A DNA stretch of 64,000 bases, from NCBI GenBank assembly GCA_964647855.1, contig CAZYJW010000002.1:4720-68719 (forward strand), in the 5' to 3' direction. This document shows positions 1-9,469 of the stretch, piece after piece. Both the position numbers and the translations under genes were made by a program. The first letter of the stretch is position 1, and every line of letters starts with the position of its first letter. Below the pieces are notes generated by a model, which saw nothing but the letters and a program-made list of their open reading frames with translations, was not told the origin of the DNA and did no database searches. The DNA is from Candidatus Micrarchaeota archaeon (GTDB lineage: Archaea; Micrarchaeota; Micrarchaeia; Anstonellales; Bilamarchaeaceae).

Positions 1-10
1 GCTCGGCGTC

Positions 11-1258
11 ATGACGCTTCAGGCGCTCGCGCGCATGAACTATGTGGAGCCCACGGAAGTCCAGGAGAAGGCAATTCCCGAGATAATCGCGGGGAGGAAC
101 CTCATAGTGAGGAGCCATACCGGAACCGGCAAGACCGCCGCGTTCGGCATAGGGATAATCGAGAGGATAAGCACCGGCTCGTCCAGGAAGGCCCTCATAC
201 TGACGCCAACGCGCGAGCTCGCCGTGCAGGTCTGCAAGGAGCTCAGGGGCTTGGCGCAGTGCCATGAGATGAGGATATCTGTCGTGTACGGCGGGCAGAG
301 CATAAACGTCCAGCTCGACGAGATACGCGGGGGCGTGGACATACTGGTCGCAACCCCCGGAAGGCTGATTGACCTCACGCAGCGGGGCGCAATCCGCATC
401 GGCGATTTCGACATCGCCATACTCGACGAAGCGGACCAGATGCTGGACATGGGGTTCATAGACGACGTCACGGGAATACTCGACCAGCTGCCGCCAAAGA
501 GGCTAACCCTGCTGCTTTCGGCGACGCTGGATGAAAGCATACTCGGAATCGCACGGAAATACGTCCCGTCCCCCCTGACCATCGAGATCGGGGAGATAGC
601 GCCGGCCGAGACAATAAGGCAGGAGCACGTAGAAACCACCGACAGGGAGAAATTCCCGAGGCTGCTCGAGGTTCTGCGCTCGCACGCCGAGATGAAGGTG
701 CTCATATTCAGGGAAACGAAAATGGGCGCTTCAAGGCTCCAGGAAAGGCTTTGGCAGCGCGGAGTGCGCGCCGGGGTCCTCCAGGGGGACATGACGCAGG
801 CCATGCGCAACCGGACCATCGCCGATTTCAAGGAGGGCAGGATAAAGGTGCTTGTCGCGACCAATGTCGCGGCAAGGGGCCTCCATATCGACAATCTCGG
901 CCTCATCGTCAACTACGACCGGGCGCAGAGCGAGGAGATACATCTCCACCGCATCGGGCGCACCGGCAGGATGGGGCAGGAGGGCAAGGCCATCAACTTC
1001 GTCCAGAGGAAGGAGACGCTGGATGAGAGGATGAGCGAGGACCACCCCGATTTCGCATGGATGAAGCAGGGAGGCATCACGCACTACAACCGCGGCGACG
1101 AGCGCCACGGGGGGGGAAGAAGGCATTTCACGCGCGGGGCTGGCGAACGGGGGCGCCCCGCCCGGCATTCCGGAGAGGCGCGCCATGGCGCCCGTGGAAG
1201 CAGCCGCGAAGGACGGCACCCGCATCCGAGGGGCGGCAGGAGAAGGCCCCGCCAGTGA
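11..1258 (+). CDS. DEAD-box ATP-dependent RNA helicase with Arg/Gly-rich C-terminal tail (possibly 5'-truncated by window edge)
   Basis: Helicase motifs I (HTGTGKTAAF), II (LDEADQM), III (SAT) and VI (HRIGRTGR). The Q-motif region (PTEVQ) is only ~14 aa from the ORF start and the frame stays open to base 2, so the start may lie upstream of the window. The last ~70 aa are R/G/H-rich low complexity. Confidence 0.9.
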   Translation: MTLQALARMNYVEPTEVQEKAIPEIIAGRNLIVRSHTGTGKTAAFGIGIIERISTGSSRKALILTPTRELAVQVCKELRGLAQCHEMRISVVYGGQSINVQLDEIRGGVDILVATPGRLIDLTQRGAIRIGDFDIAILDEADQMLDMGFIDDVTGILDQLPPKRLTLLLSATLDESILGIARKYVPSPLTIEIGEIAPAETIRQEHVETTDREKFPRLLEVLRSHAEMKVLIFRETKMGASRLQERLWQRGVRAGVLQGDMTQAMRNRTIADFKEGRIKVLVATNVAARGLHIDNLGLIVNYDRAQSEEIHLHRIGRTGRMGQEGKAINFVQRKETLDERMSEDHPDFAWMKQGGITHYNRGDERHGGGRRHFTRGAGERGRPARHSGEARHGARGSSREGRHPHPRGGRRRPRQ

Positions 1259-1286
1259 AAGCATTGCGGGGGCGGGGGGGTTCTGC

Positions 1287-1520
1287 TCAGAGACCGAGGA
1301 GCTCCCTTAGCTTCTTTTCGTCATAGCCGACAAGCACAACGCCGTCGATTATGGTTACCGGTATCCCGCCCTGGCCGCTTTTCTCCATGCATTCCCGGGC
1401 ATTCTCGCCCTCCTCGACGTTCTTTTCCGTGAACTCCACCCTGTTCTGCTTCAGAAAGTCTGTTACGCGATGGCACCAGGGGCACCATTCGGCGCTATAG
1501 ACCACGACGCTCTTTGCCAT
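1287..1520 (-). CDS. small glutaredoxin-like protein (CPWC thioredoxin fold)
   Basis: 77-aa ORF with a CPWC redox motif near the N-terminus and GIPVT...G pattern typical of small Grx/NrdH-like proteins. Paralog of the ORF at 7307-7543. Confidence 0.8.
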   Translation of the reverse strand: MAKSVVVYSAEWCPWCHRVTDFLKQNRVEFTEKNVEEGENARECMEKSGQGGIPVTIIDGVVLVGYDEKKLRELLGL

Positions 1521-1625
1521 GCAACGGATGGCGCATGCAGATATTAAATACTATTTCGGGGCCGGCTCCCGGGATGACGCGGCGATTCCGCGCAAAATTA
1601 TAAATCTTGATGCGGATTGCTTGCC

Positions 1626-2855
1626 ATGGCATACGAGCTCTTCGTCCTCGCGCTCACCATAGTTACCGGATTCGCGGCGATGCTCGTGTTCGAGAGGACC
1701 CGCATTTCGCAGGTCATCATACTCATGCTTTTCGGCTTCCTGCTCGGCCCGGTATTCGGGATTCTCGATGTATCCGATGAATCCATACTGAAGTCGATTC
1801 TCCCCTTCACCGCGTCGCTGGCCCTGGTCGTCCTGCTTTTCGACGGCGGAATCGAGTTCGATGTCTTCTCCGTCGCCAGGTCCATCCCCAGGAGCATGCT
1901 GTTCACGCTGATGGTGTTCGCCGCGGGGACGGCGCTGGTTTCGGCCGCGCTCGTTCTCGCCCTGGGCTGGCCACTCCTCAACGCCGTCCTGCTGGGAACG
2001 GTCGCTGGCGGCTCGAGCTCCGCGATAGTGATAGCGATGGTGGAGCGGACCGGCACCTCCAAGCAGACGAAATCCCTCCTGACCGTCGAATCCACCATGA
2101 CCGACGCCCTCTGCATCATATCGGCGATGGTGGTGGTCCAGCTGATTACCGCCAACCAGGCGCCCGCGCCCGGAACGGTCGTCGGCATGCTCCTGTCCTC
2201 CTTCACCACCGCGGTCGTCGTGGGGGTAATAGCGGCGCTATGCTGGATCGTCGCCGCGGAAAGGTTCTCGCTGAAGAAGTATTCGTACATGCTCCTGATA
2301 GCACTCGTGTTCGTGGTCTTCACGCTTGCCGAAGAGATAGGCGGCAACGGCGGCTTCGCGGTTTTCACGTTCGGCGTCGTGCTCGGCAACGCGAACAGGA
2401 TAGGGAGGATTGTGAGGGTCGAATGGGAGAACCCCATGAACAATGTCATGCGCACCTTCCAGAACGAGCTCACGTTCTTCGTGAGGACTTTCTTTTTCGT
2501 TTACATCGGGCTCCTGCTCTCCATAGAGTTCTTCACGCCGTACACCATAGCGCTGTCGATGGGCCTGATGGCGCTGTTCTACCTCGCAAGGCACATCGTT
2601 CAGCAGGTCCTTCTCGCGGACCTCCCGCAGAAGGACAGGAGGATAGTGGTGGCGATGGGCCCGAGGGGCCTTGCGGCCGCAGTCCTTGCCACGATACCCC
2701 TCACGAGCGGAATAGCGATTCCGAACTTCCAGGAGCTCGTCTTCGCGATAATACTGATTTCAAACATAGGGGCGACCCTGGGCGTATTCGCATTCGACAG
2801 GAACGGCAACGGGCTGAACCCGAAGCCGGTGCCGAAAAGGAACAGCAACGGTTAA
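1626..2855 (+). CDS. Na+/H+ (cation:proton) antiporter, CPA1/NhaP-like
   Basis: Polytopic membrane protein (about 11-12 hydrophobic segments) with LLFDGGIEF motif. The ORF opens at a TTG at 1617. ATG 1626 is preferred because ATTATAAAT lies ~25 nt upstream, suggesting a leaderless mRNA. Confidence 0.8.
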   Translation: MAYELFVLALTIVTGFAAMLVFERTRISQVIILMLFGFLLGPVFGILDVSDESILKSILPFTASLALVVLLFDGGIEFDVFSVARSIPRSMLFTLMVFAAGTALVSAALVLALGWPLLNAVLLGTVAGGSSSAIVIAMVERTGTSKQTKSLLTVESTMTDALCIISAMVVVQLITANQAPAPGTVVGMLLSSFTTAVVVGVIAALCWIVAAERFSLKKYSYMLLIALVFVVFTLAEEIGGNGGFAVFTFGVVLGNANRIGRIVRVEWENPMNNVMRTFQNELTFFVRTFFFVYIGLLLSIEFFTPYTIALSMGLMALFYLARHIVQQVLLADLPQKDRRIVVAMGPRGLAAAVLATIPLTSGIAIPNFQELVFAIILISNIGATLGVFAFDRNGNGLNPKPVPKRNSNG

Positions 2856-2889
2856 ATCGTTTTCCTGCGTCCAATCCATAGGTGATTTT

Positions 2890-3324
2890 TTGCCAAAGGA
2901 GAAACTGATAGAGATGCTGAACAAGGCGCTCGAACTAGAGCACCAGGCCGAGGCGCAGTACCTCAGCCACGCGACGCTCCTTGCGGGGGAGTCTGCGGAT
3001 GCGCTGACCGAAAGGCTCGAGGAGATTGCCAAGGACGAGCATGAGCATGCCGAGCTGTTCCGGAAATGCATCGAGATGCTCAACGGCACCCCGGCGGTGA
3101 AGATGGCGCCGGGCCATGGAGCGAAGGGCAACACTGAAATCCTCAAGGTGAACCTTAAGGACGAGCACGACGCGGTCGACTTCTACAGGACCATCATGGA
3201 CGAGCTGAAGGGCTGCAAGGCCGAGCTGAAATACGAATACGAATACATCGAGCACAAGCTCAGGCATGTCATCATGGACGAGGAGGAGCACGCGCTCGAG
3301 CTGAGGACGCTCCTTGGCCAGTGA
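2890..3324 (+). CDS. ferritin-like / bacterioferritin-like di-iron four-helix-bundle protein
   Basis: 144 aa. N-terminal LNKALELEHQAEAQY pattern, paired E...EHxH-type ligand motifs (KDEHEHAELF, DEEEHALEL). Uses a TTG start. Confidence 0.65.
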   Translation: MPKEKLIEMLNKALELEHQAEAQYLSHATLLAGESADALTERLEEIAKDEHEHAELFRKCIEMLNGTPAVKMAPGHGAKGNTEILKVNLKDEHDAVDFYRTIMDELKGCKAELKYEYEYIEHKLRHVIMDEEEHALELRTLLGQ

Positions 3325-3377
3325 TTTTTTCTTTTTTCCCCAATTCTTTTTAAGCGGTTCAGCGCTACAACCACAGC

Positions 3378-4412
3378 ATGGGCGAGGGTGCAGGTGCCGG
3401 GAGGCTCGACGATGCGCATCGGGGCGGAAGGATATGCCTGAGCGATGGGGCCCGCAGGCAGTATTCCAAGAGCCACGGCATAGTCGGCCATCACAGCGGG
3501 GTCCAGATTTGCCTGTGGAACAAAAAATCGCTCCAGGGGCACCGGGGCTGCTACAAGGTGAAGTTCTACGGGGTGGACTGCCATCGATGCGCCCAGATGT
3601 CCCCGGCGCTCGCATGGTGCAGCGAGGCGTGCGTTTTCTGCTGGCGCCCGATGGAGTGGATGAAAAGGACCAGTTTTGGCGAGGATGAGGTCGATTCGCC
3701 GGGCCTGATAATAGCCGAGACGGTCAAGGCCAGGCGGAAGCTTGTTTCCGGAATCAAGGGAGGCCCCAGATGCGATCTGCGCAAATTCGACGAAGCCTTC
3801 CGGCTTTTTCCGTCCCACTGGGCGATTTCGCTTAGCGGCGAGCCCACGATATACCCGAAACTGGGGCAGATGATAGGCATGCTCCGGGAAAACCCCGATG
3901 TCAAGACAATCTTCCTTGTGACGAACGGGCAGGAACCGGAAAGGCTGGAAGCGCTTGCCCGCGACAAGGCGCTGCCGACGCAGCTTTACATCTCCCTCGC
4001 AGCGCCGAACGAAGCCCTTTTCAAGAAAATAAACCGGAGCGTGTACGGGGACGGGTGGGAGCGGCTGAACCGCTCGCTCGGACTGATGGCGGACCTGCCC
4101 TGCCGCAGGGTGATAAGGCTCACAATAATCAAAGGGCTAAACGACGGGGACGGGCACCTGCGGGGATACGCTTCAATCATTTCAGAATCCAAGGCGGATT
4201 TTGTGGAGGTCAAATCCTACATGGCGCTGGGTTTTTCGAGGAGGAGGCTCGGGCCGGATTACATGGCGGAGCATCGGCATGTGAAGCGATTCGCGGAAAA
4301 ACTGGCCGCCGCCATGCCGGATTATCGCGTCGAGGATGATGACGAAATCTCGAGGATTGTCCTCCTGAAGCGGAAGGATTCCGCATTCGGCAACATAATA
4401 ACTAATAAATAA
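3378..4412 (+). CDS. taw1: tRNA 4-demethylwyosine synthase (radical SAM), Taw1/TYW1
   Basis: HSGVQICLWNKKSL, CYKVKFYGVDCHRCAQMSP, CSEACVFCWRP cysteine clusters and SLSGEPTIYP radical-SAM core, as in archaeal Taw1. Confidence 0.85.
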   Translation: MGEGAGAGRLDDAHRGGRICLSDGARRQYSKSHGIVGHHSGVQICLWNKKSLQGHRGCYKVKFYGVDCHRCAQMSPALAWCSEACVFCWRPMEWMKRTSFGEDEVDSPGLIIAETVKARRKLVSGIKGGPRCDLRKFDEAFRLFPSHWAISLSGEPTIYPKLGQMIGMLRENPDVKTIFLVTNGQEPERLEALARDKALPTQLYISLAAPNEALFKKINRSVYGDGWERLNRSLGLMADLPCRRVIRLTIIKGLNDGDGHLRGYASIISESKADFVEVKSYMALGFSRRRLGPDYMAEHRHVKRFAEKLAAAMPDYRVEDDDEISRIVLLKRKDSAFGNIITNK

Positions 4413-4455
4413 TCCTCATCAAGGATTATCAGGATGGATTAGGAAACGTGTTCTT

Positions 4456-6228
4456 ATGGCCACGAGGGTCGCAGTGATGGACAGGGACGTCTGCATCGAG
4501 AGGAGGTGCGGCTACGTCTGCGCCAAGGTCTGCCCGCCGAACCGCATGGGCGAGGAGTGCATAGTCGTCGAGAAGGACGGGGTGTTCCCAGTGTTCTCCG
4601 AGCAGCTGTGCATAGGATGCGGCCTCTGCGTCAAGAAATGCCCGGTGAAATGCATCGCCATCATCAACCTCGCGCAGGAGCTCTCGAACCCGGTGTTCCA
4701 GTACGGGGTGAACACCTTCCGGCTTTACGGCCTGCCCCTTCCGATGGAGGGCGCGGTCTCCATAATCGGGAAGAACGGCATCGGCAAGACCAGCGCCATA
4801 CGGCTGCTGAGCAGGCAGGTGAGGCCCAACTTCGCGGATTTCAAGAGGGAACTGAAGGACGCGGAGATTCTCGAAAGGCTGCCGCTCGAGGCGCGCAGGT
4901 ACTTCATGAAGGCGGGGGAGGGCCTGCGCCTGAGCGTGAAGCCCCAGCACATAGACAGGGTCCGCGACGCCTTCGGGGGGACCGTCTCCGAGCTGCTTGA
5001 AAGCGTCGCAGGCGGCGGCTCGCGCGTCGCGGAAACCGCCGCGCTCTTCCGGATAGACGACGTGCTCGGAAGGAAGCTCGGCCAGCTTTCCGGAGGGGAG
5101 CTGCAGAAGGTCTCGATAGCGGCGGCATACCTGAAGGACGCCGACATCTACTATTTCGACGAGGTGACGAATTTCCTCGACATCGAGGAGAGGCTCCGGA
5201 TGGCGGTCATCATCAAGGACCTCTCCGCGAGGAAAAGCGTGATGATGGCCGAGCACGACCTCACGTTCCTCGATTATGTGAGCGATTACGTCTATGTCAT
5301 ATACGGCGAGGAGAACGTCTACGGCATCGTATCGGGAGTGAAGAACGTCCGGGTCGGCATCAACGAATACATAGCTGGCTATGTGAAGGACGAGAACGTG
5401 CGCTTCAGGACGTACGAGATCGGGTTCAGCAAGCACAGCGAGGGCGAGATCAAGGCGAAGGCTCTCGCGAAATACGGCGCGCTGGAAAAGAGGTTCGGAG
5501 ACGGCGGGGAGGGATTTGCGTTCTCGAGCGACGCCGGCGAGATAAGGAAGGGCGAGATACTCGGCCTTGTGGGCAAGAACGCGCTCGGGAAATCGTTGTT
5601 CGTGAAGATGCTCTCCGGCGCGGAGAAGGCCGACTCCGGGGACCAGATAGGGCTCAGGGTGTCCTACAAGCCGCAGTACATAAGCGCAGAGCAGGTAGTC
5701 GTCTCGGCGCTCTTCGAGGGCAGGGACCTGGACATGGGCGTCTTCGAGGAATGCAAGAGGAAGCTCAACATAGCCATGCTCATGGACAAGGAGCTTACGC
5801 AGCTCTCCGGCGGCGAGCTGCAGCGCGTCGCGCTGACGCTTGCGCTGAGCCAGCGGGCGGACGTCTACCTCTTCGACGAGCCGAGCGCGTTCCTCGACAT
5901 AGAGCAGCGCTTCGAGTTCGCGTCGTTGCTGCGCCGCGTGATAAGCGAGAGCGAGAAATGCGCGTTCGTAGTCGACCACGACATCGTCTTCATCGACGCG
6001 ATTGCCAACAGGCTCGTCGTCTTCGACGGCAGGAGCTCGGTCAACGGCCACGCCTCCGCCCCGCTCGCAAAACGCGCGGGCATGAACGGCTTCCTCAAGG
6101 TCGCGGGAATCACCATGCGGCGCGACAAGGACAGCAGCAGGCCGAGGATAAACAAGCCGGGCAGCCAGCTTGATTCCGAGCAGAAGGCCGCGGGCGAGTA
6201 CTTCTATTACGAGCGCACTGCGGACTGA
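4456..6228 (+). CDS. abce1: ABCE1 / RNase L inhibitor-type ribosome recycling ATPase
   Basis: N-terminal double 4Fe-4S ferredoxin cysteines (CIGCGLCVKKCP). Two ABC cassettes: Walker A GKNGIGKT and GKNALGKS, with the LSGGELQ signature twice. Confidence 0.95.
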   Translation: MATRVAVMDRDVCIERRCGYVCAKVCPPNRMGEECIVVEKDGVFPVFSEQLCIGCGLCVKKCPVKCIAIINLAQELSNPVFQYGVNTFRLYGLPLPMEGAVSIIGKNGIGKTSAIRLLSRQVRPNFADFKRELKDAEILERLPLEARRYFMKAGEGLRLSVKPQHIDRVRDAFGGTVSELLESVAGGGSRVAETAALFRIDDVLGRKLGQLSGGELQKVSIAAAYLKDADIYYFDEVTNFLDIEERLRMAVIIKDLSARKSVMMAEHDLTFLDYVSDYVYVIYGEENVYGIVSGVKNVRVGINEYIAGYVKDENVRFRTYEIGFSKHSEGEIKAKALAKYGALEKRFGDGGEGFAFSSDAGEIRKGEILGLVGKNALGKSLFVKMLSGAEKADSGDQIGLRVSYKPQYISAEQVVVSALFEGRDLDMGVFEECKRKLNIAMLMDKELTQLSGGELQRVALTLALSQRADVYLFDEPSAFLDIEQRFEFASLLRRVISESEKCAFVVDHDIVFIDAIANRLVVFDGRSSVNGHASAPLAKRAGMNGFLKVAGITMRRDKDSSRPRINKPGSQLDSEQKAAGEYFYYERTAD

Positions 6229-7265
6229 GGCGGCTGGCCCTGCTGGCAGGCGGCGAGCTCGAGGACGACGGTCGTCCCCCGGCCCGGCCCCGAGCATTCC
6301 ACGAAGAGCCTTCCGCCGAGGCGCCCGGCGAGCTCCCGGCAGTAGGCGAAGCCTATCCCGTGCCCCGGCGCGCCGCTCGTGGTCGTCCTGATGCCCATGT
6401 TGAGCTTCTCCATCGTTTCGCCGTCCATGCCTGAGCCGTTGTCCCTGAACGCAAGCCTCACCGTTTTGCCCTCGCGCGTGGCGGAGAACCGCACGACGCA
6501 GTGCCCCTTCCGCGCGTTGTGCGCGTTCATGAGAAGGTTCGAGACGATGAGCCTTATGAAAAGCGGATTGGAAGACACCGACGCCCCGTAGAGCGAAGGG
6601 TCGATTTCGCCGATTGTCAGCGTGCACGACCTTTCGTTGGCGACCTGGACGCATGTCAGGGCTATCGACCCCCTGCCGACAATCCGCTGGGGCGCGGGCG
6701 AGACGACCGAATCAAGGTCGTCCCGCAGAAGGCTGTCCAGGGCGCCGCAGAGCAGCTTTCCGTAGTTCTGCACGCGGGCGTAGTGGAACCGGACATCGTC
6801 GCTCATTTCCTCCATTCCGCCGAATATGCGCTCCGCCTCATCGAGCGCGGCATTGAACTCGGCCAGGTGAGCGGGGCAAAGTTCCCTGACGGTCCGCGCA
6901 CGCGACTCGAGCGTATCGCCGGCGGGGAATTCGCGCGATGTCCACTGAAGGCGAAGGTCCTGCACGGTCTTGGCCTCCGGACAGGGGCCGAGATAGGAGC
7001 CCAGAAGGCGGATGCGGGAGTATTCCGAGGTCATCCGGTCTATCAGCCCGGCGCCCTCGCCGCCGCGCATCATCGACAGGAGGCGGTAGACCTGGAGGGA
7101 ATTGCCGACCTCGTGGGTCACCGCAGCCAGCATGATCCGGAACCAGTCTGAGAATTTCTCGGCGCCGATGCCGGCGGCCTGCTCGCAAAGCGGCGTGCGC
7201 TGGACCGATTGCGTGGCCTTCGCCGCCTGCCCCTGCGCGGCGCCGTTCCGGGCAAGTATTCCCAT
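6207..7265 (-). CDS. soluble sensor histidine kinase (orphan)
   Basis: H-box HEVGNSLQ and HATPase_c boxes (NLLMNAHNA, RDNGSGMD, GHGIGF). No TM segments and no neighbouring response regulator. The 3' end overlaps the ABCE1 3' end convergently by 22 nt. Confidence 0.8.
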   Translation of the reverse strand: MGILARNGAAQGQAAKATQSVQRTPLCEQAAGIGAEKFSDWFRIMLAAVTHEVGNSLQVYRLLSMMRGGEGAGLIDRMTSEYSRIRLLGSYLGPCPEAKTVQDLRLQWTSREFPAGDTLESRARTVRELCPAHLAEFNAALDEAERIFGGMEEMSDDVRFHYARVQNYGKLLCGALDSLLRDDLDSVVSPAPQRIVGRGSIALTCVQVANERSCTLTIGEIDPSLYGASVSSNPLFIRLIVSNLLMNAHNARKGHCVVRFSATREGKTVRLAFRDNGSGMDGETMEKLNMGIRTTTSGAPGHGIGFAYCRELAGRLGGRLFVECSGPGRGTTVVLELAACQQGQPPQSAVRS

Positions 7266-7306
7266 ATTCGGATATTATAGGCGACAAATATAAAAATGGG
7301 ATGTTT

Positions 7307-7543
7307 TCACTGGATTTTCAGCGCTTCCTTGAGTTTTTTCACATTGAAACCGATTATGACTGTGCCGTCGATATCCGTCACGGGCACTGCGAAGCCGCCG
7401 CTTTTGCTCCGGACCTCCTCTGCGAACGCCGGGTTCCGCTGCGCGTTCCTTTCCTCGAACTCCAAGCCGCTTTTCCGGAGGAAGTCCTCGACCTTGACGC
7501 ACCACGGGCATTCGTCCTTGGTGTAAACGATGACCCTTGCCAT
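7307..7543 (-). CDS. small glutaredoxin-like protein (CPWC)
   Basis: The track ORF is 7307-7669. The internal ATG at 7543 gives MARVIVYTKDECPWC..., collinear with the Grx-like protein at 1287-1520. The upstream extension looks non-coding. Confidence 0.8.
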   Translation of the reverse strand: MARVIVYTKDECPWCVKVEDFLRKSGLEFEERNAQRNPAFAEEVRSKSGGFAVPVTDIDGTVIIGFNVKKLKEALKIQ

Positions 7544-7595
7544 GTGGCTGTTTTCGCCAATAGATATTAATAAATCACGGGCGATTAGAGCGCTC

Positions 7596-8543
7596 ATGAA
7601 GCCCCTCAAGAAGATATGGATGGACGGGAAATTCGTGAACTGGAAGGACGCGAAGGTCCACGTCCTCACGCACGGCCTGCATTACGCCACCGCCATATTC
7701 GAGGGCATGCGCTGCTACGACACGCCCTCCGGCCCGGCGGTCTTCCGCATGAGGGACCATTACAAGAGGTTTTTCCGGGGGGCGAAGTGCTACCAGTTCG
7801 AGATAAACTACACCCTCGAGGAGCTCATGGCGGCGACGCGCGAGCTCATCTGCAGAAACGGAGTGAGGGCATGCTACATCCGGCCGATATGCTATGTGGG
7901 CTATTCCGAGATTGGCATAAGCACGCTGGGGAAGCCCTTCCAGCTCTCGATAATCCCGGTGGACTTCTCCAAATACTTCGGCAAGAAGGCGGAGAGGGGC
8001 ATCCGCTGCATGGTGTCGAGCTGGAGGAGGATAAGCGCAAACGTCCTTTCCCCGCACGTGAAGGCCACGGCCAACTACCTCAATTCGGCGCTCGCCAAGC
8101 GCGAGGCCATGAACGCCGGCTACGACGAGGCCATCATGCTCTCCCACGACGGCCTCGTTTCCGAGGGCACCGGAGAGAACATATTCATCGTCGAGAACGG
8201 GGAGCTCGTCACGCCGCCGCTGCATGACGGCGTGCTCAAGGGCGTCACCAGGCAGACGGTGATGGAGCTCGCGAACGAGCTGGACATACCTGTTCGCGAA
8301 AGGTCGATCCTGCGCGACGAGGTTTACAACGCGGACGAGATGTTCCTCTGCGGCACGGCCGCCGAGATAACGCCGGTGCTCAGCGTTGACCAGAGGATTG
8401 TCGGGAAGGAGCCGGGGCCGGTTACTAAGGCCGTGCGCGAGGCCTATTTCAACGTTGTCCAGGGAAGGGACGAGAGATACCTCAAATGGCTCGACTTCGT
8501 GAAGGCCAAGCCCGGCCGGTGCGACGATACCGATATTTTATAA
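7596..8543 (+). CDS. ilvE: branched-chain amino acid aminotransferase (PLP fold type IV)
   Basis: Starts MKPLKKIWMDGKFVNW. Contains AIFEGMRCY, KATANYLNS (PLP lysine region) and SEGTGENIF motifs. ATG 7596 is chosen over the 7530 extension. Confidence 0.9.
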   Translation: MKPLKKIWMDGKFVNWKDAKVHVLTHGLHYATAIFEGMRCYDTPSGPAVFRMRDHYKRFFRGAKCYQFEINYTLEELMAATRELICRNGVRACYIRPICYVGYSEIGISTLGKPFQLSIIPVDFSKYFGKKAERGIRCMVSSWRRISANVLSPHVKATANYLNSALAKREAMNAGYDEAIMLSHDGLVSEGTGENIFIVENGELVTPPLHDGVLKGVTRQTVMELANELDIPVRERSILRDEVYNADEMFLCGTAAEITPVLSVDQRIVGKEPGPVTKAVREAYFNVVQGRDERYLKWLDFVKAKPGRCDDTDIL

Positions 8544-8567
8544 ATACGTTTATCCACATATAATAAC

Positions 8568-9425
8568 ATGAGGCTCCTCCAGCGCCACCGTTCCCCCAGC
8601 GGCCATACTGCCCTCGGCAAGGAAATCGGGGGGCGGTTCCTTCTCCTGGACAGGATTGGCGAGGGGAGGAGCGCGACTGTCTATTACGCGCTCGACCGCC
8701 TTGGCGGCCCGGTCGCCCTCAAGCTGGGGAACCCCTGCCCCTGGGACATCGAGGCGTTCGGAATCGAGGCTAAGGCGCTTTCACGCATGGACCACCCGGC
8801 CATTGCCAGGATTGTCTGCTTCGGCGCCCACGATGGCGCGCCGTACATCGCGCTCGAGAGGATGGAGGGGGAGACGCTCCGGGATGCGATGGAAAGAATC
8901 AGGCCGCCGGTCTGCGGCGCCCTGCGAATCGCATCTGCGCTAAGCGGCGCGCTCGCCCATGCGCACTCGCGCGGCGTGGTCCACCGCGACATCAAGCCCA
9001 AGAACATCATGCTCCTGCCGGATGGCGGGATTAGGGTGTTCGACTTCGGATTCGCCACGGTGGACGGAAGGGGGTTCAAATCCACGGCAAGCATGGGTCA
9101 TCCGTTCTACATGGCGCCCGAGCAGATGGAGGGCGAGGGCAAATGCGACGGGCGCGCGGACATATACGCCGCCGGCGCGGTGCTCTACCACCTGATTTGC
9201 AGGATGCGCAGCGTTTCGCATTACCTGGACATGCTGAAAATCGCCGGGGCGCGCATAGGCCCGAGCCTGCTCGTGCACGGAGGCGAGGGACTGGAGAAGG
9301 ATGCGAGGCGGATAGTGGCCAGGGCGATGGCCTTCAGGCCGGAGAAGAGGTTCCAGACCGCGGGCGAGATGCTCGATGCGATAGGATGCGCGCTCGCGAA
9401 TTCAGAGGGCGGCACAGGCATCTGA
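8568..9425 (+). CDS. Hanks-type Ser/Thr protein kinase
   Basis: VALK lysine, catalytic loop HRDIKPKNIML, DFGFA, and an MAPE activation-segment end. Confidence 0.85.
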   Translation: MRLLQRHRSPSGHTALGKEIGGRFLLLDRIGEGRSATVYYALDRLGGPVALKLGNPCPWDIEAFGIEAKALSRMDHPAIARIVCFGAHDGAPYIALERMEGETLRDAMERIRPPVCGALRIASALSGALAHAHSRGVVHRDIKPKNIMLLPDGGIRVFDFGFATVDGRGFKSTASMGHPFYMAPEQMEGEGKCDGRADIYAAGAVLYHLICRMRSVSHYLDMLKIAGARIGPSLLVHGGEGLEKDARRIVARAMAFRPEKRFQTAGEMLDAIGCALANSEGGTGI

Positions 9426-9469
9426 TGCAGCATCCCGGGCCTGCCCGGTAGCACCAGGATGGTTTTTAT

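Noticed and set aside
4429-6654. 741-aa ORF antisense to ABCE1. Similar long antisense or overlapping ORFs occur at 40-912, 9221-10414, 16212-17207, 22267-23454, 26479-27399 and 44489-45655.
   Set aside because: High GC content suppresses stop codons on non-coding frames. The products are Arg/Pro/Gly/Ala-rich low complexity, while the opposite-strand genes have unambiguous conserved motifs.
9061-9085. GGGGGTTCAAATCCAC string resembling a tRNA T-loop.
   Set aside because: It lies inside the Ser/Thr kinase coding sequence, its flanks are not complementary, and no acceptor or anticodon arms are present.
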